DNA of 64,000 bases from Lepidodermella squamata. Taxonomy: Eukaryota; Animalia; Gastrotricha. The notes below the pieces were generated by a model, which did not search any database, was not told the origin of the DNA, and saw nothing but the letters and a program-made list of their open reading frames with translations. A program made the translations under genes and the position numbers. The DNA lies in the NCBI GenBank assembly GCA_047495785.1, contig JBLDXI010000032.1, positions 2,728,001-2,792,000 of the forward strand, given 5' to 3'. Shown here piece by piece: positions 46,770 through 56,501 of this stretch (its first letter is position 1; every line of letters starts with the position of its first letter).

Positions 46770-46931
46770 TTATCGACGATTCACATTTTTTAGAAAATAA
46801 ATCAGCACGCACGAGAGGAAATTCGAAATTGAACAGCAACACTTGTCAAACAATTTTTCAATATCCTGTTTAGAGCAAAATCCTGATCTGACGTTAGATT
46901 TTTCCACTACATTTCTTTGTAAAAAATCGAA

Positions 46932-48134
46932 ATGATTTATAGAGCTATAGTCTTGCTGATTTTATGGACTTCACCAGCAGGCTCTGTGATGACATCGAAA
47001 GACCGAATTAAATTTATCGATGGTCTTCCACAGGGTAACATTAGAACGGCTCGAGATCTGCTGCGAAAGTGTCCGAACTTCTCGCCCGAGCTTGTCGCGC
47101 CCTTCCCGGATGATATTTTAAACATTTCAGTCCACGTTGAAATTTATCGATTCAACAGCATCGACGCTGTATCTGAGACTTTGTCAATTAATGGCGACAT
47201 CCAAATAAGCTGGAGGGCTGATTGTTCGAATTTAACGGCTTTCTTCGATGAGCAAGAGAAAAGTCTGTTCTACGTCGAGCCAACCAGTGACGTTTGGCGG
47301 CCTAGAATGGTATTTGTCAACGGCAAACAGGCTATGTTCAGATTTGCTGGCCTGTCAGAGATGCTTCGGGTGCAAATTATACCCTTTCATCGGGGCTACG
47401 GCAGGTCGCTGATCGATTTTACGTGGCACCTGATCGGCGAATTTATTTTCAAATGCCCACTTAATCTGCAAAGATTTCCGTCGGATATGCAGCAATGCAG
47501 CGGGAAAATTCGAACCCTTGAGCCCTATGTAACATCAATCGCTCATCTTACGGTATGGCGAGACCCCAATTTCATGGCTAACAATAATGAGTTCAGTTTT
47601 CTGGGCATTTACAAGGCTATTAAAGAGGGGCCTAATGATACCTCAATGGCTGAATTCGGCATAGCTGTTGAACGACGGCCTGATTTCTACCTGATGCATC
47701 TAATATTTCCGTGTTTAATCCTCGCCGTAGTAGAAATGGCAAGTTTTTTCTTGCCGCCGCAACAAGCTGATAGAACAGCTTTCACCATGGCGATTTATCT
47801 CGCTTTCAGCGTTCTCGAGGTCCAACTGTTAGCGTTCATCCCTCTGAGCACGAAGCGCATTGTCCTGGCTGAATTCATAGTATTTCAGTCAGTTTTCAGC
47901 ATGCTGATAACGTTTAATTCAGCTGTGATGTGTTACTACACGAACAACTACGATGGATCAACCGAAATTTTAACGAAATTTCGCCGTTTCCTGCGCTGCT
48001 TCAATGGCTGGCAGCGGCATCGGTTCATTGATTTTTCAGCTTTCGTCGTATTTTTGTTAATTCTTTTTACGGCAACGTGCTACTTTTTGTTCAATATTTT
48101 GCTGGATGAACAACCGCTGAATCTGAGTGCATAA
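46932..48134 (+). CDS. Divergent Cys-loop ligand-gated ion channel subunit (intronless)
   Basis: CPLNLQRFPSDMQQC; paralogue of 36975 and 52625. Confidence 0.9.
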   Translation: MIYRAIVLLILWTSPAGSVMTSKDRIKFIDGLPQGNIRTARDLLRKCPNFSPELVAPFPDDILNISVHVEIYRFNSIDAVSETLSINGDIQISWRADCSNLTAFFDEQEKSLFYVEPTSDVWRPRMVFVNGKQAMFRFAGLSEMLRVQIIPFHRGYGRSLIDFTWHLIGEFIFKCPLNLQRFPSDMQQCSGKIRTLEPYVTSIAHLTVWRDPNFMANNNEFSFLGIYKAIKEGPNDTSMAEFGIAVERRPDFYLMHLIFPCLILAVVEMASFFLPPQQADRTAFTMAIYLAFSVLEVQLLAFIPLSTKRIVLAEFIVFQSVFSMLITFNSAVMCYYTNNYDGSTEILTKFRRFLRCFNGWQRHRFIDFSAFVVFLLILFTATCYFLFNILLDEQPLNLSA

Positions 48135-48834
48135 TATAATAAAAAAATCAGCATATTTTTTGCAATTTCGCCATAATTTTCAGAATAAATGGAAACATAA
48201 ATTTGCATAATTAAAGCATAATTTTTACGAAGCATTCAAAGCCCAGAATGTTTTCGGAAAATATTTTCATTTTTCTTTCCCTATTGACACGTGCCTTTCC
48301 GATAGAGAAAAACGAGGGGATGAAGAATCTGGAAACCGCATATTTTTATCACCTACTGTTATTGAGATATTCCAGTGTCAAGTTGTCACGTGACCTTACC
48401 TGTTGTCACACCTGGACGATTATCTCAAGAACAGTGATAGCTAGGAAGCCGCTCTCAAAGAAAAAGTTCATCAGCATCATGAGATCCATCTAGAAATGCA
48501 TTCAAGTGGGTTATATGTGATACTTCGTGCAAAATCGATTTTGATGAAACTTTAGTTTATGAAACAGTCCTGAAAAACGGCCCCTAGCTCATCACCCAGC
48601 CTACGAGACACTGTTGATTTATCCGTTTTCCCCGAATTGATACGATTTCCCAACGCGGAGATATGCCTTTTAGACACCCTGTGGTTGTAGTCACCCTGCA
48701 TGATTTTTTAAATATAGGGTGGCAGGAAAAGATGCCGTTGGGCGTTAATGGGTTTAATACATATTTAATTATGAAATTTTAACCTTTCATACACATTTTT
48801 TTTATAAAATTGTATTTTCTTAGCAAAACGGTGA

Positions 48835-48945
48835 TTAGGAATTGGGGTAAGGGGATAGTGTTCAGGGTTCGGGATAGGTTTAGGGTTAGGGCTATTAGGG
48901 TTTGGTTAGGACCCAGGTTAAGGTTAAGGTTAGGTTTAGGTCGAG
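48835..48945 (+). repeat. Degenerate TTAGG(G)-like tandem repeat
   Basis: ...GGTTTAGGGTTAGGGCTATTAGGGTTTGGTTAGG...GGTTAAGGTTAAGGTTAGGTTTAGG. Confidence 0.7.
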
Positions 48946-49042
48946 TTTGGGGCCCTTGAACTTCACCAATAACCATTTTCAAGCGGAAAAATTGACTGCG
49001 TTATCGGAACCAAAAACTAGTAATCTGGTCGGAACTAGTCAG

Positions 49043-50911
49043 CTGGAACCATTAAGATAATGGGGCGTATGTTGGAACCTTCCTTATGTTGGATTAAGGT
49101 TTAAGGTTTAAGTTTTCCTCTCATTTCCAAAGCAACCATTGTTGCGTATTGGGACTCACCATTGTTCACGTATATAAAATGGAGCAATAGAAGAAAATTC
49201 CTATGTTCGATTAAAAAACCTATTTACAAATGAGAGAAAAGTTGCAGGTTTTAGAGGATTTAACCGCTAAACCTGGTTTAAACTCAGAATTTTTCAAACC
49301 ATGTACGAGGAGGTTTACAAAAAAACGGGTATTACGGCCCAACCGGCGGATGGCGCGTCTTATAGCGCCATTGCTCGATGGCGCGGAATTCAAAATTTCG
49401 AAAAGTTGAAAGTGCGTTATGATATTTTCATTCCAATATTATCAGTAAAAAATCTAAATTTTCGGCTGTAATATTACTCGCAATATTTCTCGACGGTCCC
49501 GACTATTTCGTTTGCGATCGGTCAATGATAAACGTTTTCTGCGTTGAATTTATCGCAAAATAGTTATTATTCAATATTACAATATTTCAATATAATTGGC
49601 GAACTAATTTTTCCCCGCTCAGGACCGCTGAAAAAGTATTATTTCAGGCATTGAATTGTTATATATTATTGTCACCAATCCGCCCCGTACGCCACTTTAT
49701 AAATCAAATTAAATTGCCCCAGTTTATTTTGTTACGCTCAGGTCATTCGAGCTGAAGTAAGAAATGAGGTTAAGAATTTTAGAGACATAAACAATATTTC
49801 GTAATCATAATGGAAGGTATCATGGAAGGTGGGTTTTCATTGGGTTTTCAGCCCAGTTGACCGAATTCCTGAAGCGCTGGATTTCGCCATGATGCACCGG
49901 TATTCACTAATATCTAACCGATTACGATTATACTGATTACCTATGTACGTCTTCGAGGCACAAAAATAGACTAGCTTCAGATCAGCTGCAGATTTCATGA
50001 ATTTTAGGCCATTCATGCCCAACTACATTTTTTGAGAAGAATAAGCAAAAAAATTCAAAATTCAACAGAAGCTTAATTCACCTGAACAATAATAGCTAGG
50101 TGGCCATGAATTCTCCCCAGCTCAATGGCAAATTCAGAGAGAACTTTTGCCAATTCGCATGATAGTTGAAAAATACTTCTCGCGAGAACTAGAAATAACG
50201 AACTGAATTGGCATGGTGCAGCAACGCGGCCGCCTCGTCTCACTGTTTCGTAACTATGGGTTGTCCCTTTTTTCCAGGGCATATCTACTGATGAAATGAT
50301 TTTAAAATTATTTCAAATTCAAGCATGGAGATTCATGTTCTTATAATTAATGCCTCGTTGCCTCGTTGACATGGCTCCTCGGCGGTGTTTGCGAGAAGCC
50401 ATTATAATTCAGTCGTCTCATCGTTGGCGGAAAATTTTTTCATCAAAATTCAAGGCTAGCTAATTTACAAAGAAAATAGTCCTCGGTCCTGATCGTCCAG
50501 CCTTGCCTCCGGTAGGCCGTCGAGATTCTAAACGTGTATAATTCCTGAATCATTTAATAACAATAATAATAATAAATAGCCAACTGGATAGCCGTGAAAT
50601 CCTATCAACTTTTTTATCTACTATCTACCTAGTTATTTTTTCATATTGACACCGCGGAAGAATGCTGCTGAAAAACTCAATCGTTCCATAATATTCTATA
50701 ATCTCACTTGCTTCTTGCAGATGACACATTGAAAATTAAAAAGGGACGATTTAACAGTTGGTTTTAGAAATTATATAGGACAACACTAGAAAAGTGTCCC
50801 GGAGTAATTGGATTTTTAGAAAGATCTCGGCTCAAGTTTTAGCCTAACTTAGGAAAAGATACGGAAAGTTTAAGCTAGATTCCAACATACCCCCCAATTC
50901 ATGGATTCCAG
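49043..50911. mobile_element. Non-autonomous DNA transposon remnant (~1.87 kb) bounded by imperfect TIRs
   Basis: TGGGGCGTATGTTGGAACCT (49061-49080) matches the reverse complement of 50877-50896 at 18/20, with outer CTGGAA..CAT similarity; no transposase ORF recognised. Confidence 0.5.
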
Positions 50912-51355
50912 GTCGAATTTAATGAAAAAATAGGTAAAAGGTTAAAAAATGTCACACATATACCTATTTATGTGTGAAACATTGCACCCTAATTTTTATC
51001 CAGAACAGCTCTTTTGTCGAGCCTTGTTTGCTTAGGGTTAATGCAGATATCCGGCTTTCTCTCCGAAAATCCTCAGCAGTCGTATCACACCGCATTATTT
51101 GCTCTGACAGAGACAGTTAGGCTCATGTTAACTAATAATTTATTTGCCTTCAACGACAGTTGCTGTGCGACCGAAGTGCGACTCTACCCCCAAAGTGACT
51201 GCGATGCAAAAGTCGAAAGCCTCTAAGGAATAAAATAGCCAATTTCATCAATAAAAAACACGCGCAAGAGCTAAATTAATTCCGCAGTAAAACCTGCTAC
51301 ACCATTATTCAATAGAAAAATCTGGTTCATATCCGATCAGTTTGCAACAATCATC

Positions 51356-52539
51356 ATGAAGATTCCAGAAATATTGCATTTAATAATTTCTCTCGTGCGA
51401 TTTGGGAGCGCTTTCGTGACTGAAGAAGGCGCGGTGATGGCGCAACTTCGAGATCAATGCTGGGAAGAACGCCACCTTCGACCTGTGCGATACCACAACA
51501 CCACCCTTATGGCCCGCTTTCAATTCAACCCACTTAGATTTATTAACCTTGACGAAATCGAGCAACAGTTGTCATTCAACACTAGATTTTCTATGTTCTG
51601 GAACAACTTTTGCCTTAAGGAAGCGTGGCCTGTTAACACGACTAACATCAGCCAAATTTTGATCCCGGCGAGTGGATTCTGGCTTCCAGAAGTTCTTCAT
51701 GTCACTTCAGTTGGCGATGTGTTGCTAACAACAAGGTAAAAAATAATTGCCCATTTTAATCAACAAAAATTCAAATTTTGTACAGCCAATCGGAAAACAG
51801 CTACCTTAATTTATATTCGGATGGAACCATTAAATGGACGAATAATTTGCGATTTGACGCGTTTTGTGGGCTGAAAATGTGGAACTACCCTTACGACACC
51901 CAAGTATGCCGAATTAAATTCGAGTATCTAAATGACGATAAACTGGTGAATTCAACAATTGCACGCGCTTTCCTCTACAACGACTTCATTTCACCGTCAA
52001 GTGTCTGGAACCAACCTACCATAAATGCTAGCTTGGAGACAAAGACCTACGACTCATTGCCAGGGTTAAAATTTCGCCAGCCGACTTTCACGCTGACATT
52101 TGAGCGGAAAAGTAACCAGTACCTCGTGAATCTTGTTATCCCATCTCTAGCTCTAATGATCCTGCAACTGGCCTTTGTCCTCATGCCGCCGAATGAAACG
52201 AATCGAGTTCTATTCTCGGCTACGATGCTGATGACCTTCCTAATTCTTCTCACGGTTTTATCCACCCAAATGCCGAATACATCCGAAACTGTTCTGATAA
52301 TGGTCTTCATAACTGCGCAACTTTTCATTGGCGCCTCGGCAACCATCTACGCCCTAGCCGCTAACATGGCAGCTACGTCCAATCCCCACTTGACGAAGAA
52401 GAAGTACGGCTGCAAATGCTGGGGCAACCGCGAAATTTCCGTTCTACGCCTCTGCGATATTGTTGTTTTCAGCGCTTTGCTTTTTATTTGCGTTGCTTCG
52501 TTCCTTGGAACGTTTTTGCCGATGATTTACGGCAGATAG
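51356..52539 (+). CDS. Divergent Cys-loop ligand-gated ion channel subunit, 2 exons
   Basis: LRPVRY, FWLPE, CGLKMWNYPYDTQVC, 4 TM; intron ~51736-51785. Confidence 0.9.
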
Positions 52540-52624
52540 CTTTCGCAGCTAATAAAACGAGCGTTTCGAAATTTAATAAAAATTGTGTTGACCAAACAGA
52601 GTCGCGGAATTCTCATTTTATTAA

Positions 52625-53866
52625 ATGCGAGTTCATAAAATGCTTCTGGAAATTTTTCTTCTGCTCGCGGTAACAGAGCTGGCTCATGGCCAGCCGCCGC
52701 CTCCTAAAATGAACGCGAAGCAATACATTAAGCAGATGAGGCTCACTCCACGTGGCAACATCACGTCAGCCTATGAGTTGCTGAAAAGATGCCCAAATTT
52801 CGCCCCTGAGCTGATTAGCCCTGTTAAAGATGATACGTTGAACCTTTCCGTTCACTTCGAGGCTTACCGATTCAATGGAATTGATGACGTCAGTGAAACT
52901 ATCTCGCTAAATGGAGCACTCGTCATTAATTGGCTAGCAGATTGTGATAATGCTAAAGCATTTGAGGGTGAGACGGACAATAGCCGATTCTACGCCGAGC
53001 CGACGAATCAGTTATGGAGGCCTCGCATGGTCTTCGGAAACACCAAACAAGCGATGTTACGGTACGCCGGTATGTCAGAGATCCTTCTAGTTTCGATCAA
53101 TCCTTACCATGTTGGCTACGGCAAGCCCTATATTGCGTTCTCGTGGTCTATAATCGGCGAATTCGTCTTCGCATGCCCCCTGAGCCTCCAACACTTCCCG
53201 TCTGACATGCAGCAATGCGGCGGGAAGCTTCGAACGCTGGAACCAAACGCTTTAATGAACATCACTGAGATGCATATGTCATTTGATAGAGGATTCATGC
53301 AAGACAACAATCAGTACGTTCTTCTTGCGACTAGCAGCTCCACTTCGATCGGTCCTTACTTAAGTTCCATGTGCGAATTTCAGTTGGCTTTAGAAAGACA
53401 ACCAGAATTTTTCCTAATGCATCTGATGACGCCCTGCTTCATCCTCGCCACTATGGAAATGGCTAGTTTCTTTTTGCCCCCACAAGAGGTTGATAGGACT
53501 GCATTCACCATGGCGATTTTTCTAGCATTTAGCGTTTTAGAGACAGAGCTGATTGCAATGATACCTCGATCTCCGAAACGAATCTACCTGGCTGAATACA
53601 TTATTTTCCAATCTGTCTTCAGTATGTTGATAACATTCAACTCAGCCATCATGTGCTACTACACGGTCAACTACCCTGTGTCAGCGGAGACAGCTTACAA
53701 ATCTGCATGTTTCAAAGGCTGGAAGCGCCATCGGGTTATTGATCTTGCAGCGTTGATAGCGTTTGGTATCGTCCTCCTGGCAGGAACTTGTTATTTCCTG
53801 ATAAATATTCTACTCGAGGAAACACCCCTCGATATGAAGGGGCGACTTGAAACTTTCACCCGGTAG
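52625..53866 (+). CDS. Divergent Cys-loop ligand-gated ion channel subunit (intronless)
   Basis: CPLSLQHFPSDMQQC; start may be ATG 52640; 4 TM. Confidence 0.9.
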   Translation: MRVHKMLLEIFLLLAVTELAHGQPPPPKMNAKQYIKQMRLTPRGNITSAYELLKRCPNFAPELISPVKDDTLNLSVHFEAYRFNGIDDVSETISLNGALVINWLADCDNAKAFEGETDNSRFYAEPTNQLWRPRMVFGNTKQAMLRYAGMSEILLVSINPYHVGYGKPYIAFSWSIIGEFVFACPLSLQHFPSDMQQCGGKLRTLEPNALMNITEMHMSFDRGFMQDNNQYVLLATSSSTSIGPYLSSMCEFQLALERQPEFFLMHLMTPCFILATMEMASFFLPPQEVDRTAFTMAIFLAFSVLETELIAMIPRSPKRIYLAEYIIFQSVFSMLITFNSAIMCYYTVNYPVSAETAYKSACFKGWKRHRVIDLAALIAFGIVLLAGTCYFLINILLEETPLDMKGRLETFTR

Positions 53867-54346
53867 TTTCGTACTATGTGTTCGTTCTGGTGTCCGCACC
53901 CGTTTTGCGCTCGCTGGCCTGCGTCGCGCCCGTCATGACCTTTTACTGTGCGCAGTTTTATTACCCAGTGATAGATTAATTTGCCTTCAAACGAGGCTAA
54001 CGTAAAACTGACGAGTCCAACCTATCGTTTTGGTGAATTTAGGCAATTTTAGTATATTTTTCTTAGTCTACCTAATGATAAAGCATGTTGTCCTGATAAA
54101 AAAATAAAATTCGTTTCTTACATGTAAATGCTATCCTTAAGTCTTTTTGAATATTACAAAAAAGTGGCACTCGCTATTCATCAAATATGCCGACGGCTTA
54201 TTTTATATTCACAACATCGCGCATTACTGCGCTACTACTATAACACGATATAATAATAATCCTGCTGATATACTAGTAGAGTTGCCGAGAAAAAATCGAT
54301 GAATTTACGCTGAAAGAGGGATAGCAGCCGTCATTAATGAGGAACG

Positions 54347-56384
54347 ATGAAACTGTTTTTTCCACGTTGCCTGCTCGTTTCTCGCATTTTCAAGACTAAA
54401 ATTAATCGAAGCGAGCAATTTTCGACTTATTTAAGCAACCTGGCTCGAGTTATGGAAAAACACGGCGAGCTGACCAGCTACTACCGCCGCCCTCTACCTC
54501 CTAATTTGATCTCTTTTTCCTCGGATCTTGGACGGCAATACTTTAAGGAAGCCTTAGCTCAAGGTTACGCCGAGGGTTACTTCGACCTGGTCGAAAACTT
54601 TACAACGCAATCTGAACCAGCCTTCTGCGGTCTTGGATCCCTTTCGATGGTGCTCAATGCCTTAGAAGTCGACCCAGGTCGAGTTTGGAAGGGAGTCTGG
54701 CGGTGGTACGCCGATGAAATGTTAGACTGCTGCGTTCCGATAGAAACCGTTAAGCAGAAGGGCATCACCCTGGCTGAATTCATCTGCCTAGCGAAGTGCA
54801 ACGGCCTCAATGTAACGGCGCATCGATACGACAAAGCAACGAAGCAGCAATTCCTCAACGATTTAAAGGACGCGACTTCGAGTAGAAACAAACACCTTGT
54901 TGTGTCGTATTCACGTCAAGCTTTACAACAAACTGGAGACGGCCATTACTCCCCAATCGGTTGTTTCAATGTGGAAAGGAATTCAGCTCTTGTCCTCGAT
55001 GTCGCTCGGTTCAAATACACTAGAAAAAAATAACCCCTGATAAGGGGTCTGATCAGGGGTCATAGCTCCTAGTCATTAGTATAGCTGATCAGGGGGTAAT
55101 ATGCACCCTGATCAGGGGTTATATTGAAATGAACCCTAATCAGCTCACCCTGATGAGGGGTCATTTTGCTTCCAATATTTGCTGATAATAATCACCTTTA
55201 GCGCCCCTAATCAGCTGCTGATCAGCAAATTTAGTAAAATTTCAAAATTTTTAGAAAAATGGCAGCCCTTTTCATTTTTATTTTTATATTATTTTTTTTG
55301 AATAGCCGGTTGATCAAGATTCGCCCACCCTGGTGCCATCCATGCCATCGGTGGTATGGTATGCCACCGGACGCGGCAACTACCTAAACATGGCAGGGTC
55401 TCATGATGGCATTTGGTAGAGCCACTTGTTAGGGAGAGAAGGACTTATTGCTAAGTAAATAGGTGAAGTAATAGAGTTCGCGTGTGAAACAATACTATTT
55501 TTTGAAAATATGGACCTTCCGACGCAAGCCTGAATTGAACATGCAGTCTAATTTGCATATGCACGCTTGGTTAATTAGCGAATGCACACTTTTGACCCCT
55601 GATCAGCCAAGTCATGCTGATCAGCATGAAATGACATGGATTATCAGCTGGCGACTGTTGATTATCAGGGGTTGTCCCTTTTTCGTCCTGATCAGCAAAA
55701 TGGTTTAAACAGCTGACCCCTGATCAGGGGTTAATTTTTTCCAGTGTACCCGTCTTATTGGGCTACTTTAGACCAGCTATGGTAACACTCCTAAAGCCTC
55801 TAAAGTAAGACTACATATTTTCCAATTTACAGGGATGCCATGGCGCCACCTGATAGTGAGACGAAACTTCCTAGGGGCTATTTTGTCCTGTCAAAGCGTC
55901 AGTTTTGCGTTAGGGCAGCATTACAAAGTGGCTTAACTATGGATGACGTCATATGCTTCGCGAAATGTAACGGCCTCGACGTATCAGTTCGTGAAAAGAG
56001 CGCATTAACTAAGCAGTTCTTTCTCGAAGACCTGATCTCGGCTGTATCTTCGGGGAGGGAGCAAATTATGGTTCGCTACAACGGCTTCTTCACGCCCATC
56101 GGAGGGCTGAAGGAAAGCAGCCATGTCATGCTAGCTGACATCCATCAAAATGGAGCCCAACAGCATTGGGTCGCCTTGGATGATTTATGGTATGGTAAAT
56201 TCTGAAGAACCGTCAATCTTTAGTTGCTTGTTTTGCTAGGAATGAAATGGAATCGCTCGATCCTGATGAAGACCTGCCTTGTGGATATTTGATCCTGATC
56301 AAGCAAACGTGTGATTGCAAATCATGTGCTAACCCGGTTGACAAATTGCCTGCCCTGTGTCCAGCTCCAGCTCTTTCTCAATAA
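54347..56384 (+). pseudogene. PCS: Second phytochelatin synthase, interrupted in exon 1 by a CACTA-like element
   Basis: Catalytic region near-identical to PCS1 up to ARFKY; insertion 55018-55746; resumes (Y)PSYWATLDQLW; introns 55782-55832 and 56190-56239; ends CDCKSC...SQ* at 56384. Start ATG 54347 or 54452. Confidence 0.88.
55018..55746. mobile_element. Non-autonomous CACTA/EnSpm (CMC)-like DNA transposon, 729 bp
   Basis: TIRs CACTAGAAAAAAATAACCCCTGATAAGGGGTC / CACTGGAAAAAATTAACCCCTGATCAGGGGTC (3 mismatches in 32); 2-bp TA duplication at 55016-17 and 55747-48; many subterminal CTGATCAG palindromes. Confidence 0.9.
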
Positions 56385-56501
56385 CAATCCTTATCACTGT
56401 AAACGTTCTCTAGATCTCAACTTGCACGCTAGTTTTACAATGTATCTCTTTCAATCGCTAATGTGGTATTTTATTTAAATAAAGAAACGGAGTAAATTTT
56501 T

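Noticed and set aside
48835-48945. True telomere or chromosome end
   Set aside because: Short, degenerate and flanked by genes on both sides.
55018-55746. CRISPR-like array suggested by recurring palindromic CCCTGATCAGGG
   Set aside because: Irregular spacing, eukaryotic context, no cas genes; explained as transposon subterminal repeats.
55001-55760. Splicing rescue of PCS2 using the TTTTTTCCAG at the element's 3' end
   Set aside because: The GT sites just upstream of the insertion give out-of-frame joins, and internal donors lie after the in-frame TAA at 55031-55033.
28190-56384. Cystatins as dedicated inhibitors of the neighbouring papain-fold PCS enzymes
   Set aside because: The cystatins have signal peptides whereas PCS lacks one, so compartments differ; linkage alone is not evidence.
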